Positions 1 through 10,470 of a DNA stretch of 64,000 nucleotides are shown piece by piece. Position numbers and translations under genes: made by a program. Position 1 is the first letter of the stretch; every line of letters begins with the position of its first letter. Below the pieces are notes generated by a model, which made no database searches, was not told where the DNA came from, and was given only the letters and a program-made list of their open reading frames with translations. The DNA comes from an uncultured delta proteobacterium (lineage in GTDB: Bacteria > Desulfobacterota > Desulfobacteria > Desulfobacterales > Desulfosalsimonadaceae): contig CAWGYD010000003.1 of the NCBI GenBank assembly GCA_963826785.1, positions 351,270 to 415,269 of the forward strand. Reading direction: 5' to 3'.

Positions 1-304
1 AGGTCCCCTCTGGAGACGGGCGGTCGGACACCCCCCTTCGCCCCCCTCAAGGGGGGAATTATGAAGGGATGCCCCACGATCGCTTCTCTATCCCCCTCGA
101 GAATACGCTTTGCGCCCCCATCAAGGGAACACCCCCCTCACCCCTCAAGGGGATAAAGAGGTCCCCTCTGGGACGGGCGGGGACACCCCCTGCCCCCCTC
201 AAGGGAACACCCCCCCTCACCCCCCTCGAGGGGGGAATAAATGAAGGGAGAGGCGAGAATCCTTTTTTCAATTCCCCCCTTGAGGGGGGCGAAGGGGGGT
301 GTCC
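1..304. repeat. Palindromic repeat cluster R1 (CCCCCCTCAAGGGGGG family)
   Basis: Several ACACCCCCCT..CCCCCCTCAAGGG units; direct repeat AGGTCCCCTCTGG..ACGGGCGG at ~1 and ~159; inverted end ATTCCCCCCTTGAGGGGGGCGAAGGGGGGTGTC at ~271-303. Confidence 0.9.
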
Positions 305-368
305 CCGCGCCGGTGCCGACAACGGGCAGAAAGACACCCGCTGTTTCAATCCATACGCAAGAAAAGCT

Positions 369-1721
369 TTACTGTGCGTTGAACATGCGCGCCAGGGACG
401 GCAGGTTTTCGCCGTAGGTGGGGTGGATGTGAACCGCACGCTCCAGCAGCTTCCAGTCGGCATCGGCCTCTATGAGATCGACGAACACGTGCACCAGTTC
501 CCCGGCCTCGTACCCCACCAGGGTCGCCCCCAGGATCCGGCCGGTGTCCTGGTCGATGACCATCTCGTAGAATCCGAGTTCATCTCCCCACTCGATGGCC
601 CGGGCCATGTCCTTGACCGCCATGGTCGCGGTTTGAATCCGGAAGCCTTCCTCCACCGCCTGCTCGGCGCTCAGGCCCGCCCGGCCCACCTGGGGTTCGG
701 TAAATACGGCATAGGCGAGCACCCGGTCGTCCCTGGTGCGCTTCTTTCCGGATATGACGTCCCGCACCCGGCGGTAATCCTCCCAGGCCACGTGGGTGAA
801 CGCGGGCTGCCCCGCGGCCTCGCCCATGGCATATACCCCGGGGCGGGTGGATTCGAGCTGTGCATCCACCTTGATAAAGCCTTTATCCGTCAACTCGATG
901 CCGGCCCCTTCGGCATTGAGCGCCCCGGTGTCCGGCCGGCGGCCGGCGGCCACCAGCAGGGCGTCGCCTTCCAGGATTTCGCCATTCTTCAAGTACAGGC
1001 GCACGCGCTGTTTTTCCTGTTCGGCCCGGTTGACGGACTGGTCCAGGTGAAAAATCACCCCGTCCTGTTTGAGGGACTGGTGCAGCACCTCGCTCACCGC
1101 CGGGCTTTCGCTTTTTAGAATGCGGTCATTGACATCGATGATATGGACTTCGCTTCCCAGCCGCGCCAGTCCCTGCCCCAGCTCGAGGCCGATGTAGCCG
1201 CCCCCCAGAACCAGGGTCTTTTCGGGAAGACGGGTCAGGCTCCAGAAATTGCGGTCGGTGAGAATATCGACCCCGTCCATGCCCTCTATGGGCGGGACCA
1301 TGGGAAGACTTCCGGTATCAATCACCGCCAGCGGCGCTGAAAACGTGCGCCCGCCGCCCTGCACATACCCTTCACCGGTAAAGGCGGCTTCCGCGTCAAT
1401 GATTTCCATGCCGCTCTTGCGCGCCCGCTTTTCGGCGGACCGGGAAAAGTCATCCCGGATGCGCCTTGCCCGGTGCATCACCGCCGCAAAGTCGACTTCC
1501 ACCCGGATAAAAAGCCCCAGCCGGGTGGCTTTTCGCCCACGGCCCGCCATATGCGCGCTGGCCAGAAAGGCCTTGGACGGGGTGCAGCCCCAATTGGTGC
1601 AGCTGCCGCCGAACCGGCTTTTCTCAAACAACACCACCTTTTTGCCGCTGCGGGCCAGTTCCGCCCCCAGCGGCACGCCCCCCTGCCCGCTCCCGATGAT
1701 GACGGCATCGACTTTTTCCAT
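369..1721 (-). CDS. Pyridine nucleotide-disulfide oxidoreductase class I (RclA/MerA/Lpd-like)
   Basis: GSGQGG FAD motif, redox CTNWGCTPSK, GGGYIGLE NAD(P) motif, C-terminal HPTYGE; no MerA C-terminal Cys pair. Confidence 0.9.
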   Translation of the reverse strand: MEKVDAVIIGSGQGGVPLGAELARSGKKVVLFEKSRFGGSCTNWGCTPSKAFLASAHMAGRGRKATRLGLFIRVEVDFAAVMHRARRIRDDFSRSAEKRARKSGMEIIDAEAAFTGEGYVQGGGRTFSAPLAVIDTGSLPMVPPIEGMDGVDILTDRNFWSLTRLPEKTLVLGGGYIGLELGQGLARLGSEVHIIDVNDRILKSESPAVSEVLHQSLKQDGVIFHLDQSVNRAEQEKQRVRLYLKNGEILEGDALLVAAGRRPDTGALNAEGAGIELTDKGFIKVDAQLESTRPGVYAMGEAAGQPAFTHVAWEDYRRVRDVISGKKRTRDDRVLAYAVFTEPQVGRAGLSAEQAVEEGFRIQTATMAVKDMARAIEWGDELGFYEMVIDQDTGRILGATLVGYEAGELVHVFVDLIEADADWKLLERAVHIHPTYGENLPSLARMFNAQ

Positions 1722-1890
1722 GACGGCCCCTTTTTTTTGACCGGATTTTTGACGTTTTTGATAGCGATGCTTTATTCTTAATAAAATTCAGAAACTTCGA
1801 AAATACCGTCTTGACTGCAAAATGGGCGCCCATGAACCGTACATTGCGGGGTCGAGTGAATTGACAACCTGTTTACGCTGCGGAGGAACG

Positions 1891-2700
1891 ATGGAAACCG
1901 GCGAGCGATTGAGACACCAGGTGGCCCTGATTACGGGAGCGGCAAGCGGAATCGGCAAAGGGGTGGCCCTGGCGATGGCCGATGCGGGCGCGGACGTGGT
2001 GGTGAATTACATCGGTGATGCCGGACCGGCTCAAACACTGGTTTCGGAAATCAGGCGCAAGGACCGGCGGGCCATGGCCGTGGAAGCCGATGTCAGCAGC
2101 GAGGATCAGGTCCGGAATATGTTTGAAACAGCCATTGCCGAATTGGGCACCATCGACATCCTGGTGAGCAATGCCGGCATCCAGAAGGATTCGCCCTTTC
2201 ACGAGATGACGCTCGCCCAGTGGCAGAAGGTGATCGATGTGAACCTGACCGGCGGCTTCTTGTGCGCGCGGGAAGCGGTGCGGGAATTTCTGCGCCGGGG
2301 CGTGGTGCCGGAAAAATCGTCTGCTGCGGGCAAGATCATCTTCATCAGTTCGGTCCACGAAGTGATCCCCTGGGCCCGCCACGCCAACTATGCCGCTTCC
2401 AAGGGCGGCATCGAGCTGCTCATGAAATCTTTGGCCCAGGAGGCGGCCGAGCACAAGATCCGGGTCAACAGCATCGGCCCCGGGGCCATCCGGACCCCCA
2501 TCAACCGGTCCGCCTGGGAAACCCCGGAGGCGATGAAAAAGCTGCTGACGCTCATCCCCTGGGGCCGCATCGGTGAGCCCCCGGACATCGGGGCGGCCGC
2601 CGTGTGGCTGGCCTCGGATGAATCGGAATATGTCCACGGCACCACCCTGTTTGTCGATGGCGGCATGACGCTCTATCCGGGGTTTGCCACCGGGGGTTGA
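1891..2700 (+). CDS. Glucose 1-dehydrogenase-like SDR
   Basis: TGAASGIG, NAG, SSVHEVIPW, YAASK, C-terminal DGGMTLYPGF; RBS GGAGG before ATG 1891. Confidence 0.85.
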   Translation: METGERLRHQVALITGAASGIGKGVALAMADAGADVVVNYIGDAGPAQTLVSEIRRKDRRAMAVEADVSSEDQVRNMFETAIAELGTIDILVSNAGIQKDSPFHEMTLAQWQKVIDVNLTGGFLCAREAVREFLRRGVVPEKSSAAGKIIFISSVHEVIPWARHANYAASKGGIELLMKSLAQEAAEHKIRVNSIGPGAIRTPINRSAWETPEAMKKLLTLIPWGRIGEPPDIGAAAVWLASDESEYVHGTTLFVDGGMTLYPGFATGG

Positions 2701-2719
2701 CATGTGAGCCGGTCCGCGA

Positions 2720-3165
2720 CACCCCCCGCCCCCGACGAGGCGGTGCTTAATTATTCGGTGGTTTTTACAGAAAGGGACTTCTGAATTTGCCCGGCCCCGA
2801 CACCCCCCTTCGCCCCCCTCAAGGAACACCCCCCTCACCCCCCTCAAGGGGGGATTTTAAGGAAGGGGCCGTCCCCTACTCACTTTTTTCATTCCCCCCT
2901 TGAGGGGGGCGAGGGGGGTGTTCCGCTCGAGGGGGGCCAGGGGGGTGTTCCGCTTGAGGGGGGCCAGGGGTGCACACACACGTGACACGAGGGGCGCTTG
3001 ATAAACAAAAGTTGCTGATATTTTTTTGCTGCGCGGTGTTTTTACAGAAAGGGACTTCTGAATTTGCCCGGCCCCCAACACCCCCCTTCGCCCCCCTCAA
3101 GGGGGGAATTTAAAGAAGGGGCCGTCCCCGTTTATTCCCCCCTCCAGGGGGAGCGAAGGGGGACT
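2720..3165. repeat. Repeat cluster R2: two tandem copies of the element between convergent genes
   Basis: TTTTTACAGAAAGGGACTTCTGAATTTGCCCGGCCCC..ACACCCCCCTTCGCCCCCCTCAAGG occurs at ~2762 and ~3039; inverted-type units at 2891-2972. Confidence 0.9.
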
Positions 3166-3294
3166 TAAAATCACAATCATTTCAAACTCGCCCCTTTCGA
3201 AGCGAACTGGCGTTTTCCGGATAACCATTGAAATGAGATTCAAGCCCTTTTATTCAAACCATGAGCCAGGTGAAGTTCCATCCAAGCCGCCCCT

Positions 3295-4251
3295 TCAATG
3301 GGCCAGCGCACCTCCGCAGGAGGATCCGGCGCCGGCGGTGCAGCCGAAGCAGTGGTTGCCCACGACCACGTGGCGGCCTTCCAGCTTCCTGCGGTCAAAT
3401 TCCCGGATGTGATCGGGGGCCCCGTGGTTGACGGGCAGGTGCAGGGCGATGTTGAAATCGCAGTCGTAGATGCGGCCGTCATAATCGATGCCGATCTGGT
3501 GGCGGCACATCAGCCCTTCCAGGGTGTCGGGATTAAAAGACCGGGCCAGTTCCGCCATGTACCGGTCCATGGCACCCTCGGCCGCCAGCAGCCGCCCGAA
3601 CCGCCCGATGGGCATGTTGGTGATCACCAGCAGCCGGGTAAACCGGATGCCGAACTGATCTTTCAGCTTCTGCTTGTAATCCTTTTCCAGTGCGGCCTGG
3701 CCTGCCGGAAGAAAGGCCCCGCCCGGATTGTAGACCAGGTTGAGCTGCAGGCCGTTTTCACCGCCGTATCCCAGGGCGTTTAGATGCGTCAGCGCCCGGA
3801 TGCTTTTTTCATATACCCCCGGCCCCCGCTGGGCCCGGACATTTTCCTCCTGGTAGCAGGGCATGGACCCGACCAGCCGGACATCATGTTTCCTTAAAAA
3901 TTCCATGGTCCCTTCCAGGCCGGGCTCCAGGAGGGCGGCAAGATTGGTGCGCACCTGAACGGGGATGCCGGTTGAACGAAGGGCGCCGACAAAGTACCTG
4001 AAATCAGGATGGAGCTCCGGAGACCCGCCGGTAATATCCACCAGTTCCGCTGTGCTGCCGGAGACGATATTGACCACCGCATCCATAACCGCCGCATCCA
4101 TTTGCTCGCCCCGCTCCGGGGCACATTCCAGGTGGCAGTGCCGGCAGGCGAGGTTGCATCGACGGCCGATATTCACCTGAATGTGCCGGATCCGGCCGCA
4201 GGTGAGCCCGTCCGGTATATGACATCCGATGGCTTCCGAAAAATCTGGCAT
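3295..4251 (-). CDS. arsS: Radical SAM / Cys-rich protein, ArsS (DUF3641) family
   Basis: CNLACRHCH radical SAM motif, DITGGSPE, LMCR, YDCDFN, C-terminal HCFGCTAGAGSSCGGAL. Confidence 0.85.
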   Translation of the reverse strand: MPDFSEAIGCHIPDGLTCGRIRHIQVNIGRRCNLACRHCHLECAPERGEQMDAAVMDAVVNIVSGSTAELVDITGGSPELHPDFRYFVGALRSTGIPVQVRTNLAALLEPGLEGTMEFLRKHDVRLVGSMPCYQEENVRAQRGPGVYEKSIRALTHLNALGYGGENGLQLNLVYNPGGAFLPAGQAALEKDYKQKLKDQFGIRFTRLLVITNMPIGRFGRLLAAEGAMDRYMAELARSFNPDTLEGLMCRHQIGIDYDGRIYDCDFNIALHLPVNHGAPDHIREFDRRKLEGRHVVVGNHCFGCTAGAGSSCGGALAH

Positions 4252-4558
4252 GATGTTCCTTTCACTGGGTCCTTGAAAAAAATAGATCACTGCGGCAAAT
4301 CGGCGCCACCGCGTGACAATCTCCTGAAACCAAAAGGAAAGAATATATCAGTAAATTCTCGCCGCGCCAACCCTAATATCATCGGCGGACCTTTGCCGGG
4401 GCGGCGGGTATCGGAAATGATCAGGGCCATAGAGAAGATTTGTGGATCTCCTTTATGGCCCTGGTTTTTGGAGTATGAAAAGTGAAACGAAATTAACGGC
4501 GTCATATGCAGACGCCCCTGTTTTCCAGTCCATTACCCCGGGACTGGACTGTCGTTTC

Positions 4559-4891
4559 CTATTGCTGCTGCTGATCGGTGGTGCCGGTCTGATCACTCGG
4601 GCTCTGCTGGGTGTCTCCCTGCTGGGTCTGATGATCAGCGGCGCCGCCCTCCTTCTGATTTTCACCGCCATAATATCCGCGGGTTCCCTCCTCACCGGGG
4701 GTGGTGCCCTGGGTGGACTGGTCCGGCGTGACCCCTTCGGTGGACTGGTCCGGGGTAGCGCCCTGCTGGGTTTCAACCCCCTGCTGGTTGTTTTCGCCCC
4801 GGTCCGAACACCCCGCAAACGAAATCGCAAAGACCAGTGTACAGATGGCGATCAGGATGATCCACATATGTTTGAATCTGATTTTTTTCAT
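4559..4891 (-). CDS. Small Gln/Thr-rich lipoprotein with 9-aa repeats
   Basis: Basic N-terminus, hydrophobic stretch, lipobox FAGC; repeats QGATPDQST/EGVTPDQST/QGTTP; RBS GAGGAGG. Confidence 0.75.
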   Translation of the reverse strand: MKKIRFKHMWIILIAICTLVFAISFAGCSDRGENNQQGVETQQGATPDQSTEGVTPDQSTQGTTPGEEGTRGYYGGENQKEGGAADHQTQQGDTQQSPSDQTGTTDQQQQ

Positions 4892-5423
4892 TTGAATACC
4901 GTCCTCCTCTTCTAAAATGGTTGATAAACTGGGTTCATGCATTTGCCCTGATGGCGGAAAAGATTATGATCCGCTTACCGTAAGAAAAACATTACGGAAT
5001 CCGGACAAAATAAAAATGGGGGATAGGATTGATTTTCACCTGGGAAGAAAGGAATAGGGAGGTGCCGAATCATTAACCCGCCCGGGGAGGATAATCCGGG
5101 TTTAGGGGATTTCCCCCATATCCCTGCCGCCCGACCGGCACTATATCTAATCAACCGGTGTAAAGCAGCTGAATATGAATCATTGAAACGCCCTTCAGGC
5201 CGGTTTCCTGGAGGGCGTCTTGCATTCCGGTACGGCCCGGTTCCCGACGACACCGGTCTGGCGGTTTACACATTATCCGTATCCGAAATACATCCTTCAC
5301 CCTATTTTCCTCCTGATAAGTCTCAATTAGAGTATTTAAGCAAAGCATTTGAAAATCCAGCAAAATGAAGAAGTAATGTTTTTGTCGGCACTTCATCCAG
5401 AAATTACGTCTTAAGGCCGTATC

Positions 5424-8394
5424 ATGCCCGAACCGAACGTGAGCCGGAGGGACTTTCTCAAAATCATGGGACTGGCCGGGACCCTGACCGCAGCCGGGTG
5501 CCAGGACCGGATGAACCATCTCATCCCCTACATCAATCCCTTTGCCGATATTCCCCCGGGCGAAAACACCTGGTTTGCCACCACCTGCAGACAGTGCCCG
5601 GCCGGATGCGGCATGCTGGCCAAGAATCTCGACGGCAGGGTGATCAAGCTGGAAGGAAATCCGCTCCACCCCGTCAACTCCGGCAGGCTCTGCCCCCGGG
5701 GCCAGGCCGCCCTGCACAAGCTCTACAACCCGGACCGGCATCCGGGGCCGCTGGTCAAAAGCGGGGCCAGATACAAACCGATCTCCTGGCCAAAAGCGGA
5801 ACAGATGCTGGCCCGGCGCATCAAGGAACTTTCGGACAGGGGGGAAGGCCACCGGATCGTCATCCTCACGGACCTGGTGAACGGGACCCTGGCCGAGTTC
5901 ATCGGCTACTTTTTAGACCAGACCGGCGGCGGGACGCATATCGCCTATGATCCCTATGCCTACGAGGCGCTTCGGACCGCCAATCAGATGGTCTACGGAT
6001 ACGGCCACATCCCCGCATACAACATCGCCGAGGCCGATTTTCTGATCTCCTTCGGGGCCGGGTTTTTAGAGACCTGGATCTCCAACGTGGAATACGCCCA
6101 TGCCTTTTCCCGGTTCCACGAACCGGTCGGCGAAAACAAGAATCTGTTCGTGTGGGTGGGGCCGCGCCATTCGCTGACCGGTGCCAATGCCGACCACCAG
6201 GTGGTGGTTCCCCCGGGAAGAGAATACGCGGTTGCCGCCGGACTGCTCAATTACCTGGCCGAGGCGGATAAACTGCCGGGCGCAAGCCAAAGCGACCGGG
6301 ACCGGATCAAAACACTGACCGCAGATTTTTCACTGGAGGCGGTGGAAAAACACACCGGCGCAGACAAAGCCGGACTGCGGCAAATCGCCGAGGCATTTTC
6401 CCGGGCCAAGAAGCCGCTGGTCCTTGCCGGCGGCCTGCCCGTATCGGACCCCAATGCCCTGGAAACGGCCGTGGCGGCAAATCTTCTGTGCCGGTCCCAT
6501 TCCGGGACCGAAGGTCTGATCGACTTTTCCCGGGTGCACGCCGTAAGCCATGCGGCCACAGCCGAGAAGATGAAGGACCTTGCGGAGCGCATGCAGGGCG
6601 GCGAGGTGGCACTGCTGATGGTGCATGACGCCAACCCGGTCTTCACCCTGCCCCAGGCATTTGATTTCGAGGCGGCCCTGGCGAAGGTCCCCATGGTGGT
6701 CAGCTTTTCCAGCTGCGCCGACGAGACCACCCGCCGGGCGAACCTGGTCCTGCCGGCCAGCACCCCTCTTGAAACCTGGATGGATTATGCCCCAAAAACC
6801 GGGGTGGTGGGACTGATCCAGCCCACCATGGGAGCCCTTCATGACACCAAAGACCTGGGCGACATTCTCCTTGCCGCCGGCCGCCGGTGCCGGGGGAAAG
6901 ACGCTTTTGCCGCCACATCCTTTCTCCAGGTGATGGAAGCCTCCTGGCGGCAGCTTCACCAGAATGAGGACTCCGATCTTGATTTTGAACGCTTCTGGCT
7001 GAGGGTGCGGCAGCAGGGGGGGATCTGGGGGCCGGCGGAGCAGAATTTTCGCCAAATGGAATCGGCCGGTCTGGGCGATTTTGCGTTTCCGCCCGTGCCC
7101 TCCGGTGAACCGGAAGCGCGCGGCCCGTTTTCGCTTGCGGTCTATCCCACCATCCAGTTCTATGACGGGAGGATGGCCAACCACTCTGTGGATCCAGGAA
7201 TTTCCGGACCCCCTCACCCAGACCACCTGGGGGGGATGGGTGGAAATCAGCATAGAGGACGCAAAGGCCTTAAACGCGGTAACCGGCGACATCATCGAAA
7301 TCCGGTCCCTTAACGGCACCATCACGGCGCCGGCCATTCCCATCTACACGGTGCCGCCGGGAACCGTGGCCATCCCCATCGGGCAGGGGCACACCCATTA
7401 CGGCCGATACGCCACGGGCCTTCCCGCCAATCCCCTGGCCCTGTATCCGGCTGATATCGATGCCCGGACCGGGGGGTTGAAGGTCGCCGATCTGTACGTA
7501 AACCTCCGGAAGCGGGAAGAGACCTTTGAAGTCGCCCATACCGACGGGCTCTATTTCGACCTGGACCGCATGATCGTCGAGGAAGTCGATTTTAAAACCT
7601 ATCTGCGGGAAAAGGCCGCCGGGAAAAAACCGGATGTCGATGCGCCCATGCCTTCTGGCTATCACCGCCATAAGGATATTTATCTGCCCCATACCCACGT
7701 GACCTACCGCTGGTGCATGGTGGTGGACCTGGACCGGTGCATCGGCTGCGGCGCGTGCGTGGTGGCCTGCTATGCGGAGAACAACCTGGCCGTGGTGGGC
7801 CGAAAGCAGGTGCTCAAAGGGCGCGAGATGTCCTGGCTGAGGGTCCAGCGATACTTCAAGGAGGACCAACCCCACAAGGCGCGCTTTCTTCCCATGCTCT
7901 GCCAGCACTGCGACAACGCCCCCTGCGAGGCGGTCTGCCCGGTGTTCGCCCCCCACCACGGCATCGAGGGCTTGAACCTGCAGGTGTACAACCGCTGCAT
8001 CGGCACCCGGGACTGCTCCCAGAACGATCCCTACAAGGTCCGGCGGTTCAACTGGCTCTTTTACAAGCTCCCCAAACCCATGGACATGCAGTTAAACCCC
8101 CACGTCACCGTCCGGCAGCTGGGGGTGATGGAAAAATGCTCTTTTTGCGTCCAGCGGATCATCGAAGCCAAGGTCAACGCCCGCAATGAGGGCCGCCTGG
8201 TCAGAGACGGTGATTTCACCACCGCCTGCGCCCAGACCTGCCCCACCGGCGCGTTGATCTTCGGCAGCCTCATGAACCCGGACAGCCGGGTCACCAAACT
8301 GATCACGGACGCCCGGGCCTACCAGGTGCTCAAACACTTAAACACCAAGCCGGCCGTGATCTATCTCAAAAAACTCACCCGGGAGCTGGCCTGA
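5424..8394 (+). CDS. actB: ACIII subunit B-like (Tat lipoprotein, molybdopterin-oxidoreductase fold fused to FeS domain); +1 frameshift at ~7183
   Basis: SRRDFLK Tat motif plus AAGC; CRQCPAGC..LCPRG; YDGRMAN joins LWIQEFPDP across frames; CIGCGACVVAC, CQHCDNAPC, EKCSFC. Confidence 0.85.
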
Positions 8395-8396
8395 TC

Positions 8397-9792
8397 ATGA
8401 TGGATGAACGCCTGACATACGACGACATCAACGACAAGGTCATGAACAGCCTGTGGGGGCCCGGCCGCACCTACTACCTGCTGCTGGCCTTCTGCTTCAT
8501 GGGGACCCTGGTCGGGGCGGGCTGCTGGGCCTTCCAGCTGCTCATCGGGGTGGGGGCCGCCGGCATGAACCACCCGGTCATGTGGGGGACGTACCTGATC
8601 AATTTCGTCTTCTGGATCGAGATCGGCCATGCCGGTTCATTGATGAGCGCCCTGCTCTACCTGACCCGGGCCACCTGGCGCAGCCCCATCGCCAGAAGCG
8701 CCGAGGCCATGACCATCTTCGCGGTGGCCATCGCGGGACTGTTTCCCTTCATCCACCTGGGCCGCTCCTGGCTGTTTTACTGGCTGGTCCCCTACCAGAA
8801 CCGGATGGACATGTGGCCCAATTTCCAGTCGCCCCTGATCTTCGATTTCTGGGCCGCCGGCGGGTACCTCATCATCAGCGTCCTGTTCTGGTTCACCGGG
8901 CTGCTCCCGGACCTGGCCATCGTCCGGGACCATGCGCCGGGGCTGCGGAAAAAATTCTACCGCGTTCTTTTCCCTGGGGTGGTCCCACCAGGGGCGCAAC
9001 TGGCGGCCCTACAAGTCGGCCTACCTGTATCTCGCGGCCCTGACCACGGCCTTTGTCCCCTGCGTGGCCAGCATCGTGTCCTGGGATTATGCATTGACCA
9101 TCGTCCCGGGCTACCACAGCACCATCTACGGCCCCTACTTCCTGGTGGGGGCGGTCCATTCGGGGCTGGCCATGCTCCTGACCCTGCTCATCCCCCTGCG
9201 GTCCATCTATGCGTTCCAGGAGATCATCACCATCGAGGTCCTGGAAAAAATCGCCCTGGTCCTGGTGTTTACCGCTTTGATGATGGGGTACGACTATATC
9301 GTGGAATACTTCATGGCCTGGTATTCGGGCAACAATACCGAGTGGATGACCTTTGTGCTGCGTGCCTGGGGAAAGGGCGCCCCCATGTTCTGGTTCGTGG
9401 TGATCACCACCATCGTCTGGCCGCTGCTCTTCATGGTCAAAAAAATCCGGACCAGCACCGTGTGGCTGTTTGTCACCGCCATCGTCATGAACATCGGCAT
9501 GTGGCTGGAGCGGTTCGTCATCATCATCGGACCGCCCTCCCACGGGTACGACCCCTACTCGTGGGGCTCCTTCTGGCCCTCCTGGGTGGAATGGGGGATT
9601 CTGTTCGGCTCGTTCAGCTTCTTCTTCCTGCTGTTTCTCCTCTACAGCAAGCTGATCCCCACCATTTCCATGGCCGAGATCAAGGAGGATCTGAAAGCCC
9701 CGGTGCGGGGAGACAGCCGCCGGAATCAGGGGGGAGACGGACCGCCGGAATCGGGGGGAGACACCCCCCTGCCCCCCTCAAGGGGGGAATGA
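8397..9792 (+). CDS. actC: ACIII subunit C (NrfD/PsrC family); +1 frameshift in a T-run at ~8970
   Basis: NFVFWIEIGHAGSLMSA, RSAEAMT, HLGR, NFQSPL; FYRVL joins SLGW; GMWLERF. Confidence 0.85.
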
Positions 9793-9867
9793 ATATTTTT
9801 TTCTTGACCAATTCCCCCCTTGAGGCCTCTCACCAATTCCCCCCTTGAGGGGGGCCAGGGGGGTGTG
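9760..9867. repeat. Repeat R3 (inverted-end element overlapping the actC stop)
   Basis: GACACCCCCCTGCCCCCCTCAAGGGGGGAAT ... ATTCCCCCCTTGAGGGGGGCCAGGGGGGTGT. Confidence 0.9.
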
Positions 9868-9954
9868 CCGCCGCGGCGAAAATACGCGGCGCCAAGGCAG
9901 ATGCACGGGCAGGAGATAAACGAAAAACCTGAACCACGATGAGCGGAATAGACC

Positions 9955-10470
9955 ATGGCTTACGCAAAAATGACATACACGGGTATATTTGCCTACGCAG
10001 ATGATTTCAAAAAGGCGGTGTCCGGTCTCCTGGCGGAAAAATACCGCATCCACACCATCTATTCCCCGGTTCCGGCCGAAGAGGTCTATTCAATGCTGGA
10101 GTTGAAGCGCTCGCCCATCCGGTTTTTCACCCTGGCCGGGGCGGTGGCCGGCTTCATGTTCGCCTTCACCATCGCCATATACACGGCCATCCAGTGGGGA
10201 TTCATCATCCAGGGCAAGCCGGTGATCGGCTGGGTTTCCTTTTGCCTGGTGGCCTACGAGATCACCATTCTGGCCGCAGTCATCTGTACGGTGGCCGGCG
10301 TCTTCCTGCTGGGGAGGCTCAAACCGCAGGTGGAGCCCCTCGAAGCCATTACGGCGGATATTTCCCGGAACCGCTACGGATTGACCGTGGAATGCCCCAC
10401 CTATAAAAAAGATGCGGTCAGCCAGCTGCTGATGCAAAACGGAGCCGAGCATATCTATGAGGACGCATAA
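9955..10470 (+). CDS. actD: ACIII subunit D (DUF3341)
   Basis: YSPVP, two TM helices, IIQGKP, AYEITIL; position after actC. Confidence 0.8.
   Translation: MAYAKMTYTGIFAYADDFKKAVSGLLAEKYRIHTIYSPVPAEEVYSMLELKRSPIRFFTLAGAVAGFMFAFTIAIYTAIQWGFIIQGKPVIGWVSFCLVAYEITILAAVICTVAGVFLLGRLKPQVEPLEAITADISRNRYGLTVECPTYKKDAVSQLLMQNGAEHIYEDA

Noticed and set aside
59..1118. ORFs with PPSRGE/SPLEGG/PLKGG peptides (also near 2857, 14778, 41265, 57532, 61666)
   Set aside because: These are translations of the palindromic repeat or antisense shadows of real genes.
369..1721. Mercuric reductase MerA
   Set aside because: No NmerA domain, no C-terminal Cys-Cys and no mer genes nearby.
3295..3340. Selenocysteine in the ArsS C-terminus
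   Set aside because: The codon is TGC and the ORF ends normally.
7183..8971. Programmed frameshifting in actB and actC
   Set aside because: No shared slippery motif, and similar indels are scattered through unrelated genes.
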